From positions 1-59,548 of the IMG/VR virus record IMGVR_UViG_3300009108_000011: DNA of 59,548 nt; one strand, 5' to 3'. The stretch is from a virus (lineage: Duplodnaviria > Caudoviricetes). Numbering within the stretch: position 1 is the stretch's first letter; the number at the start of each line of letters is the position of its first letter. The notes beneath the pieces are model-generated. The model was not told where the DNA came from. It worked only from the letters and a program-made list of their open reading frames with translations, and did not search any database. Made by a program: the position numbers and the translations under genes. Positions 19,501 to 27,080 of the stretch are shown piece after piece.

Positions 19501-19944
19501 TTATCTTTTGTTTTGAGTACCATTTGTCATTAATATCTTCCAATCTTTACCCAATTTTTTCTTCATTTTCAACCAAAATGGATCTGTACCAAACATTCCA
19601 CCTTTTTTATTGTATTCTTTGGTTACATTTGCTATTCTCCTATGACATGTCCTACAAAACCTTGCGTTAATTTGTTCTATTTCAAATTTATAATTTCCAC
19701 AAAAGAAGCATAAACCATACATTTTATGTGTGATTGTCGCTAAAAGTGGCTCTCTACCACGCTTTCCAGCACATTCTCCACAAATATCAGCAATAGTAGC
19801 AGAAGTTGCATCTCTTTTGAAGCAATTTATACATATAGCTTCCTTGTAGTTGTCTACATGAGTGTATTCGTCTTTTTGATGTTTATCCCAAAGTTTTTTG
19901 GTTAAATCATTACTGTTTTTGTTTGTATCTAACTCAGTAGGCAG
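19501..19944 (-). CDS. Four-CxxC zinc-binding protein, 147 aa, CTG start
   Basis: Track ORF 19501..19722 is open 74 more codons upstream to a CTG preceded by GGTGA. Confidence 0.65.
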   Translation of the reverse strand: MPTELDTNKNSNDLTKKLWDKHQKDEYTHVDNYKEAICINCFKRDATSATIADICGECAGKRGREPLLATITHKMYGLCFFCGNYKFEIEQINARFCRTCHRRIANVTKEYNKKGGMFGTDPFWLKMKKKLGKDWKILMTNGTQNKR

Positions 19945-20206
19945 CTAACTTCACCTTTTTCAATGCATCTTGAAGTATAATGTAGATATTATTACATGAA
20001 TAGTGATCACAACCGTTTTTTCTAGACTCTTTTTTGATTTCTTCTATTGTATCATCAATTAATTTGTAATTTGGAGTGTAAACATTTGATATGACTGTTG
20101 TATTTACGTTGTCTGCAATAACTTTTACCTCTTTTTTAGATACAGGAACTTGTCCGAATGGTGTGTTAACTGTTTCTTTTACTTCCTTACTTTTCTTTCT
20201 CGCCAT
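19934..20206 (-). CDS. Hypothetical protein (MARKKSKE..)
   Basis: GGAGGTGG SD before ATG 20206; overlaps the portal stop. Confidence 0.6.
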   Translation of the reverse strand: MARKKSKEVKETVNTPFGQVPVSKKEVKVIADNVNTTVISNVYTPNYKLIDDTIEEIKKESRKNGCDHYSCNNIYIILQDALKKVKLAAY

Positions 20207-22064
20207 CTTCCCACCTCCTTGCTTGCTCAAATTCATTTTTAACTAATTCTCTTGCCTGTCTAACAGTCATTCCTGCTGACTTTCTTAATTCATCAACAGT
20301 TTTTGTCTTATTCCATCCAAAATCAACTGCTGTCTGCAATGTATTTTTAACAACTGTAAAATTTGATGGTGTGATTCCATCAGGATAGCTCTTTTTACTC
20401 ATTGTTGTGCCTGTACCTGATGCTGGAAATCCTTCTGCAACTCCACCAGTGTCTGATGGTCTAGAGTTTTCAGGCTCTCCTTGTGATTGTTGTCTTTGTT
20501 CTTCTGCTTCTCCAAGTGAATTACCTCTTCCTCTACCTTCAATCATCGCTGGACTGTTAACTGGATCTTTACTAATCTTATATTCACCTTGATGTGTTCT
20601 TGTAATCTCAAATCCCATGCCTTGTAATGCTTGCATGTTATTAATTTCAACACCATCCTGTTGTAGTTCTCTAAGTTTATCATTCTCTTCACCTGTTTTT
20701 AATTTCAAATCCCAATCATCTACGCCAAACATTTCCGATAATTTCTTGAAAAATGCTTTGTAAAGAATGTCTTGACCCCATTTCACTGCTCTGTTTGTAA
20801 TTGTAACTTGTAAACCTTCTTGTGACCAACCACCAACCATTTCACCGTAGTAAAGTGGCAATACTCCGTAAATTGCACCTATAATTTGTCTTAATTCTTG
20901 TCTAACTGCAATAAATTCAAGTTCTTTTAATGAACCAGTAAAGTCTAACCACTGTGCCATGTTGTTTCCACCTTTTTCTTGTTCTACAAGCAATGGGTGT
21001 ATCATGTAAGGGTCTTCTGTTGCCTTTTGTTCTAATGCATCCCATGACTTTCTAAATGTTTCATAGTTACGAGAAGCAATAACTAACATACCTCTTGGTG
21101 GTCTCATCTTATCAAAGTATTTTCTAACATACTCATCCATATGAGATAATGACATTGCCTTACTCCATACAGAATAAATTGGACTGTAACCGTAAACTAG
21201 AGATGGTTTATACTTTCCTGCCTTCCATATCAGTTCACCCTCACCGTAAATAACACGTTTTGGTTGTGGAATACCGATAGAATAAACAGAGTTAACTTCA
21301 CATACTGCTTTCAATGCTTGAGCACCACATTGATCACAATGATCGGATGAAAGTCGTGTATCTCGGTGTTCAAACCGTGGGCATACGTATACTTTGTTTC
21401 TTTTGTCATCATAACCTATTCTACCATCACTATCTGCAATCATGGCGACTTGAGGTGGGTCTACACGAATAATTTCTTTAATTTCAGTTCTTTTTTGGTC
21501 TATTCTTCCTGTTCTATCATCTACAAAATAATTTTTCAATAATAACATGTAAGCGTTGTCTGCTACCTCTAAATCTCTTTCTAATTGCCTGCAAACATCC
21601 TCCAAGTTCTGCTCGTTACCATTGATTGTTTTTGTCATCAAATCTTCAAGTTGTTTCCTATGTTCTGGTATAGGTCTTCTTAGATTCTTAGAACCACATG
21701 TATCACATACTATAGGCTCTAATTTGCTTTCTGGTGTATCTTCAACTATTCCTGCTGGAGTTGCTTCTGCTGTAGGCTTGTATTGGAATTCTTTACTACA
21801 ATTATTACATTTATACTTAAATCTCTCTGTAATCTCGAATCCATTCTTAAACATCTCCCTATTAATGGTCTCAATAGGTATTCTAAGTGCATCAATGTTA
21901 TCTGCTAATTCATATATCATAATGAGTGGAAATGGAAAAATTGGTAGTTTAGCACCAGTATCTGTGCTCATATATGGCTGTGAGATTGAAGGTCTTACCG
22001 TAGATTCAGTATATCCTTTATTACTGAGCCTAAAAGCACTCTTTAGGCTATCTATAAAACCCAT
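20187..22064 (-). CDS. Portal protein with Zn-ribbon insertions
   Basis: DLEVADNAY, YGYSPI, YFDKMRPPRGML, IGAIYGVLP portal motifs. Confidence 0.85.
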   Translation of the reverse strand: MGFIDSLKSAFRLSNKGYTESTVRPSISQPYMSTDTGAKLPIFPFPLIMIYELADNIDALRIPIETINREMFKNGFEITERFKYKCNNCSKEFQYKPTAEATPAGIVEDTPESKLEPIVCDTCGSKNLRRPIPEHRKQLEDLMTKTINGNEQNLEDVCRQLERDLEVADNAYMLLLKNYFVDDRTGRIDQKRTEIKEIIRVDPPQVAMIADSDGRIGYDDKRNKVYVCPRFEHRDTRLSSDHCDQCGAQALKAVCEVNSVYSIGIPQPKRVIYGEGELIWKAGKYKPSLVYGYSPIYSVWSKAMSLSHMDEYVRKYFDKMRPPRGMLVIASRNYETFRKSWDALEQKATEDPYMIHPLLVEQEKGGNNMAQWLDFTGSLKELEFIAVRQELRQIIGAIYGVLPLYYGEMVGGWSQEGLQVTITNRAVKWGQDILYKAFFKKLSEMFGVDDWDLKLKTGEENDKLRELQQDGVEINNMQALQGMGFEITRTHQGEYKISKDPVNSPAMIEGRGRGNSLGEAEEQRQQSQGEPENSRPSDTGGVAEGFPASGTGTTMSKKSYPDGITPSNFTVVKNTLQTAVDFGWNKTKTVDELRKSAGMTVRQARELVKNEFEQARRWEDGEKEK

Positions 22065-22164
22065 GTCTAATCAATAATCTTTACATATATAAACTTTGTC
22101 CAAATATGTCATCATCTGTAAAGAAAATAAAAACGTTTAAATATAGGTTCTATTTAGATGATAT

Positions 22165-22371
22165 ATGTCTGCAACTAAAGCAACAACTGAATATTTTCAA
22201 GCATTAGCAGAATTTCAGAGTGAAATTACTGGTGCATTCACAGATATTCAAAAGAAAATAGATCCTAACCATATTGCAAACGATTTTGCTGAATTACAGG
22301 TAAAATTAATGTCTGCAACTATAGAGAATCTAACAAACACTGTAAAAACTTACAGAAAAACTCTCTCTTAG
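22165..22371 (+). CDS. Small amphipathic helical protein
   Basis: Own TATA (TTTAAATA 22136-22143) and T-tract terminator. Confidence 0.6.
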   Translation: MSATKATTEYFQALAEFQSEITGAFTDIQKKIDPNHIANDFAELQVKLMSATIENLTNTVKTYRKTLS

Positions 22372-22385
22372 AGAGTGTCTTTTTT

Positions 22386-22493
22386 TTATCCACCATGTTC
22401 AGAACAATCAATATCTCTACCCTGTTCTGTGCATGAACAAGATGTAGATACTTCTTCGGTTTCTTTACGGGTATTACGGTCTAGTATACTCAT
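22386..22493 (-). CDS. Cys/His micro-protein, 35 aa (..CSCTEQGRDIDCSEHGG); not in ORF track
   Basis: CxC..C..HG motif; AT-rich promoter-like sequence upstream. Confidence 0.45.
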   Translation of the reverse strand: MSILDRNTRKETEEVSTSCSCTEQGRDIDCSEHGG

Positions 22494-22529
22494 AAAAATA
22501 ATTATAAAGGTTGATTAATAAAGATTTGT

Positions 22530-22594
22530 GTACCATTGGTGTGAGTCTGCATACTGCGAAAGGCAGAGGACTGCTGTGACGAGGCAGGTGGTAC
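22530..22594 (+). ncRNA. Candidate small structured RNA
   Basis: GC-rich intergenic island closed by GTACCA/TGGTAC with internal CTGC/GCAG hairpins; TATA-like box ~22 nt upstream. Confidence 0.4.
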
Positions 22595-22623
22595 TTTATA
22601 TATAGGAAGATATAACAAAACAT

Positions 22624-22800
22624 ATGGTAGAAATCAACAGTAAAGAATATGGTATAATATTCAGATGGTTTGAGAGGGCTTTTGGCTTAAAAGAGCCGAC
22701 AGAGATACCATTAGAAGACAAACGAGTGTTCTGGAAACTCACATTTCTCGCAGAAGATAGAATAGAAGAGGATAAACTAACTAACAAGGATGAGTCATGA
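22624..22800 (+). CDS. Hypothetical protein, 58 aa (MVEINSKEYG..); not in ORF track
   Basis: TTTATATA ~21 nt upstream; ATGA overlap with the next gene. Confidence 0.6.
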   Translation: MVEINSKEYGIIFRWFERAFGLKEPTEIPLEDKRVFWKLTFLAEDRIEEDKLTNKDES

Positions 22801-22979
22801 AATGTGACTACTGTAACGAAAAAACAACTGCAATAATAACTTTTCCACATCCTAATGGTGAGGTTAAGGTAATGTGTTTTGCGTGTATAGACAATATGGA
22901 GTCAGAGAGCCTGCGAGCCAAAGGCGAGCCTTTAAAAAAAGAGGTTGGTAGAAAAGACTGTCTTTCAAAAGATTTATAA
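22797..22979 (+). CDS. Zn-finger micro-protein
   Basis: CDYC..CFAC. Confidence 0.6.
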   Translation: MKCDYCNEKTTAIITFPHPNGEVKVMCFACIDNMESESLRAKGEPLKKEVGRKDCLSKDL

Positions 22980-23002
22980 GTATAGACCCTGTTATACAAA
23001 CA

Positions 23003-23188
23003 ATGAATAAAACAAAGTATGATTACATTTATGATGAGTTGCAAGAAATTGCCCAAGATTACACAAGACTCGGAAATAGACTTCATTCCTTAAAGATTCA
23101 CGTTATGAGATTGAAGGATAATAAGAATTATGAAACGGAACTATTAGAATTTGACGACCCTATATTGGAGGATGTAGGACATGGATAA
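23003..23188 (+). CDS. Small coiled-coil protein
   Basis: TTTATAAG promoter upstream; helical heptads. Confidence 0.55.
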   Translation: MNKTKYDYIYDELQEIAQDYTRLGNRLHSLKIHVMRLKDNKNYETELLEFDDPILEDVGHG

Positions 23189-23405
23189 TAGTTCTGATCC
23201 TATTAGAACTGTCAAGCAGAGAGGCAAGTGGTATTTTGATTGGCATGTTTTATTGGCGTTCTTTTTTATCGGTACTGGTATAGGTATTCCTTTGGGTGTA
23301 GCAATGTTATGTTGGAGGGCATGGAATGAATATAAAGGACATAACTGGGAACGTAAGGTTGAGCAGGGAGATTTTAGCACAAAGTCTGCATGGGAGATGA
23401 AGTAG
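23181..23405 (+). CDS. Small membrane protein
   Basis: Hydrophobic hairpin VLLAFFFIGTGIGIPLGVAML; GGAGG SD. Confidence 0.6.
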   Translation: MDNSSDPIRTVKQRGKWYFDWHVLLAFFFIGTGIGIPLGVAMLCWRAWNEYKGHNWERKVEQGDFSTKSAWEMK

Positions 23406-23406
23406 T

Positions 23407-23559
23407 ATGGCTAATAGTGCTGTGAGAGATATGCTTGATTTGTTACACGAGGATTGGCTACCAGAAAGTAACAAGAAGGATCTACAGAGTATTATCATAG
23501 AACTAATAGAAAACATGGTAGATGACCGTAAAGGAATTGACGAGAGGTTTAAATATTGA
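23407..23559 (+). CDS. Hypothetical protein, 50 aa (MANSAVRDML..); not in ORF track
   Basis: Abuts both neighbours in an operon. Confidence 0.5.
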   Translation: MANSAVRDMLDLLHEDWLPESNKKDLQSIIIELIENMVDDRKGIDERFKY

Positions 23560-23810
23560 TGGGTTATAAACAACTGGCAAAGGTAATATGTGTGGCGTGC
23601 AGCGAGCCGTTAGGCGAGCACTCGAAAAGAGATTTGGTGCGTTGTTTATTTCGGGTTCAAGGTACGATGGTTAGTGATGGTATTGAAAATACCAGTGATG
23701 GCATTTCTGCCCAAGAGGGCATTTCTGCCCAAGATGGTTATTCAGATGAGGATTTAGCAGATGGAAGAAATGAAGGACATATAAGGGGGTTTGATTCACA
23801 CATTGGTTAA
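23559..23810 (+). CDS. Zn-binding small protein
   Basis: CVAC..H..C; internal GISAQ duplication. Confidence 0.55.
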   Translation: MGYKQLAKVICVACSEPLGEHSKRDLVRCLFRVQGTMVSDGIENTSDGISAQEGISAQDGYSDEDLADGRNEGHIRGFDSHIG

Positions 23811-24006
23811 GATGGAGACCCTGAGAGACTTTGAGATGTATCAGATGTTTAAGGGTAAGAAAAAGAAGAAGGTTAAGAAGAAATGAAAATTGATCTAGAT
23901 ATACCGAAAGGATTTGAAGCTGAAATCAGATTATATTGTTCTACTTGTCAAGAAGAAGTAGTAGGAGATGATTATAAGAGACATGAATGTGAGGAATGGA
24001 GAAGAT

Positions 24007-24237
24007 ATGCCAAGAGAACATAAGATCAGTACAAAGAAAGTTATCAAGTTCTTGATGAAACATGATTGGGCAATATGGGATATGAGGGGATCACATTATA
24101 TAATGCGTAAGTCTAATTCAGACATGCAGTTACAGTTGCCATATAGGAAGGAGTTGGGTAAAACAACTCTGGTTCATACTATGGAACGTGCTGGTTTTAC
24201 AGTGGAAGATTTATATAAGGAACTGGGGTATAGATAG
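24007..24237 (+). CDS. hicA: HicA-family mRNA interferase (toxin)
   Basis: KKVIKFL..W....RGSHYIM..P...ELGKTTL..I/M..AG: dsRBD-like HicA pattern with GSH. Confidence 0.8.
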   Translation: MPREHKISTKKVIKFLMKHDWAIWDMRGSHYIMRKSNSDMQLQLPYRKELGKTTLVHTMERAGFTVEDLYKELGYR

Positions 24238-24239
24238 GT

Positions 24240-24407
24240 ATGGTAGTTTATGATGATGAGAAGACTTGGAAACAGCATTATGATGACTGGTGTAATATCC
24301 TTGAAAGATTACAGGGTGATAATATTCAGATTACCTTTAGACGTAAAATCATTCAAGGTATGATCAATGACTATGAACGTGGACATAAAAGAACTGGTAA
24401 TGATTAG
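24240..24407 (+). CDS. Small protein, 55 aa; possible minimal HicB-like partner; not in ORF track
   Basis: Starts 2 nt after the hicA stop; weak VYDDE.W..QGDN resemblance to the HicB N-domain. Confidence 0.35.
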   Translation: MVVYDDEKTWKQHYDDWCNILERLQGDNIQITFRRKIIQGMINDYERGHKRTGND

Positions 24408-24645
24408 AATGCTTCAATCCCCCCTTTTATATACTAAATAAATCTAAGATAAAATTTAGACTTTCTATTAAAATAGGATGAAGAATTTGAACCAATTACA
24501 CATTATCTTTGTTTCTGACTTGTAGTATATTAAGTTTCGTTGTTTTGTTCGATTTGTATCTAACTTGTATTTATAAATGTTTCTAATTTTTGGTTTTTCT
24601 CCATATCGCCCTGATGCGAATTTTTCCTGTTTAAAACACTGTGGA

Positions 24646-24686
24646 AATAAAAAAAAATTAAAAAGAAGAGTTGGGCACGTCTGCCC
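24646..24686 (-). terminator. Hairpin plus T-tract terminator
   Basis: GGGCA-GACG-TGCCC followed by long T runs on the minus strand after the ORF ending at 24727. Confidence 0.55.
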
Positions 24687-24726
24687 GTTGTGCGTTTTTA
24701 ATTCCCTACAGCTATAACTTCAGGAA

Positions 24727-25128
24727 TTAAGAAACGACTTTTTGAACTTCAGCCACATTTACGAAGGTAATAATAGATTTGCCAGAGTTTAAACCAGAAG
24801 ATTTCAACTGTTCACCAGATTTGAAAATTGCGTCAAAGTCGCCTTTCTCGCTGTCTGTCATTGAATGGTTTTTACCTTCTTTGGTTTTGAAAGAATAGCC
24901 CGTAATTTCCCAAGCAATTAAACCGTAATCTTCGCAAAAGTTACGAAGTTGTTCGTTTTGCTCCTCAATCAGTGCTTCTCTTTCTTTCTCTGTCATTTCT
25001 GTTTTAACCTCTGTTTGTGGTTCGTTCTGTGACATTTTGGCTAAAAGCTCGAATATTCTAGAGTTAGTTTGCTCTAGGGCTGTCAAGCGTTTTTCCAAAG
25101 TCTCTTTAGTTTTTGTTGTGCGTGCCAT
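24727..25128 (-). CDS. Hypothetical protein (MARTTKTKE.., 133 aa)
   Basis: TATA-like box ~25 nt upstream of ATG 25128; coiled-coil N-terminus. Confidence 0.65.
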   Translation of the reverse strand: MARTTKTKETLEKRLTALEQTNSRIFELLAKMSQNEPQTEVKTEMTEKEREALIEEQNEQLRNFCEDYGLIAWEITGYSFKTKEGKNHSMTDSEKGDFDAIFKSGEQLKSSGLNSGKSIITFVNVAEVQKVVS

Positions 25129-25229
25129 GTTCTTACTTATTTTATGTATAATACCTATATATACAAAGACCAACGATTCATACGGTGAAAGGTAGGAAAC
25201 TAAATCCTCTCAGAGAACGCCAAAAACCC

Positions 25230-25660
25230 ACGCCATATATATCCCTATATATCTGTACACCGAATATTTATTTATATATGTATATATGTACACCATATAT
25301 ATTTATATATATATGTATATATTATATATATATATACGAGGCACGGCTGGGCTCATATATATTATATATATATATATTATATTATATGTATATATATTTC
25401 ATATATAATATATTTACTTAGTGCCTACGGCACGCTGGCTCTACTGCTTATGTGTATAGTATTGGTATAGTATGAGACTTGTAGTCACAAACTCGTTGCG
25501 AAAGGTATATATAGGTATGGCGCTGCTGGATATGGTATATCTGATAGGTTCGATAGGCATAGCCTATATACAATTATTGATTCTATTGTACCTATTGTGT
25601 ATAGTATTGTTAGTTATAGGGTTATTGTTAATTATTATTATTAATTATTATTACAAGTAT
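25230..25660. repeat. Extremely AT-rich (TA)n low-complexity non-coding region with short repeats; candidate origin or genome terminus
   Basis: TATATA tracts; GGCACG(G)CTGG x2; TGTGTATAGTATTG x2; located at the strand switch. Confidence 0.55.
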
Positions 25661-25803
25661 GGTTCATGTTCCCACGACTAACACCCTTTTCACCTGATTA
25701 TTTGTTGGTAAAGATTTATAAATCTACTCTTCCTTATATTGACTAATGACTTGTTCACAAGTTCTAAGCCTTTTCGGCAAAGTCCACACAACTACGGTAT
25801 GCT

Positions 25804-26445
25804 ATGCATATGCATATGGGAGATGTTCCTATGATATCTAGGAAGAAGAGTGTAAGGTACGTAAGCCTATCATTCGAGAAGCCTAATCCTAAGAACATGG
25901 CTAGCGACCTTGATGATACAATACGTAATGTTCGTGCCAGACGTAAGGGTATCATCTATAGGAGAGCACAAGCAGAAGCCCGTAAGCTTATGGGTATACC
26001 CGACTTGCATACCAAGAAGTTTGTACGTAAGCATAGAAGACAAGTAAGAAGTATACTATCTATTGTTGATGGTGTCGCTGACTATATCTATGAGTCTGCT
26101 TATGATATAAATGGTTCATGGGCATATGGTAATGAAGCAAGGATGAAAGAGATAAACGATAAGATTAAAAGTGCTAATCAATATCGTAGTCAAAATCCTC
26201 TATTGCTTATGCTTATCCCTGAACTAAGAGAGATTGATATAGAGCAACTTAACTCTATAGTATCTTTCTTTTTGGTAGATAAGGATGGTCGTTTAATAGG
26301 CAACACAACTCACTCTGAACCTAGTATGGTATACAACAAGAAAGAGTTATCTAAACTATGGGTATCTCCTCACTTGGTTAATGGTATACCATATGTATTA
26401 GGTTGTAAGAAGTGTGGATTAGATATGGAGGGTCGTCTGGTATGA
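25804..26445 (+). CDS. Hypothetical basic protein with C-terminal H..CxxC
   Basis: First gene of the plus-strand block; start uncertain. Confidence 0.6.
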   Translation: MHMHMGDVPMISRKKSVRYVSLSFEKPNPKNMASDLDDTIRNVRARRKGIIYRRAQAEARKLMGIPDLHTKKFVRKHRRQVRSILSIVDGVADYIYESAYDINGSWAYGNEARMKEINDKIKSANQYRSQNPLLLMLIPELREIDIEQLNSIVSFFLVDKDGRLIGNTTHSEPSMVYNKKELSKLWVSPHLVNGIPYVLGCKKCGLDMEGRLV

Positions 26446-26463
26446 CTCCCATACCTTTCCTTT

Positions 26464-26600
26464 TTATTATGCATATCACCATAGTAGGTATGATAAACCT
26501 AATGGAAATGATGCAGCATAAGCTACGTCTACATGGTACAGAAGTACCACGCCTTATGGGCAGGAACGGTGATGTCATGTCGTAGGTAGATGTATAATAA
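26464..26600 (+). ncRNA. Candidate structured RNA/leader with alternative pairings
   Basis: Several nested complementary segments found by eye. Confidence 0.35.
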
Positions 26601-26618
26601 TAGAAGAGGTTAAGTAAA

Positions 26619-27080
26619 ATGACCGAAACATTTGACGAAGTAAATAAGACCTGCAAGGTTAGTCTTAACAGTTCTTATGTATACTCATTCGTTAGACCAC
26701 AAGCAGAGATAGAACGTAAAGAGCCTGTCACTATTGATGTAAGAAATATTAACGCACAGTTAATAGTAAATAATGATAGTGCTGGAACTTCAATAGATAA
26801 TATCACTACGAACTTTACAACTAGACCAGTTACCTTTGAGTGTAATGATTGTAACTGTGAAGTTGAACAATCAGTAACATTCAATGAGGCTATAGATATA
26901 ATAGAATCAGGTGGCTCATGTGAATGTTGTACTAGTGGTGAGCATGATATAGATATTGAAGAGATTAGGAGTGAAGCACATGAATTTAGTACATGTTCAG
27001 ATGAAATGTATGGTACAGTAAAATGTAAACGCTGTCATGAAGACGTAGATGTATCACTAAGAATGGAGGTACAAAGTTAA
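26619..27080 (+). CDS. Cys-rich zinc-binding protein
   Basis: CNDC, CECC, CSD, CKRC; GAGGT SD. Confidence 0.65.
   Translation: MTETFDEVNKTCKVSLNSSYVYSFVRPQAEIERKEPVTIDVRNINAQLIVNNDSAGTSIDNITTNFTTRPVTFECNDCNCEVEQSVTFNEAIDIIESGGSCECCTSGEHDIDIEEIRSEAHEFSTCSDEMYGTVKCKRCHEDVDVSLRMEVQS

Noticed and set aside
20187-22064. Intein in the portal (also considered for MCM, RadA and TerL)
   Set aside because: Insertions are short Cys ribbons without intein terminal or LAGLIDADG motifs; MCM, RadA and TerL are normal length
22530-22594. tRNA, hammerhead, HDV-like or twister ribozyme
   Set aside because: No T-loop/anticodon cloverleaf, no CUGAUGA/GAAA core and no recognisable nested pseudoknot; kept only as an unclassified structured RNA
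25185-25681. Track ORFs 25185..25421 and 25472..25681
   Set aside because: Y/I/L-rich translations of (TA)n low-complexity DNA, with no credible coding signal
26555-26590. Cobalamin riboswitch (AGGAACGGTG) upstream of the cobS-like gene
   Set aside because: Only a few bases resemble the consensus, no B12 box follows, and the AAA+ gene is probably not a true cobaltochelatase
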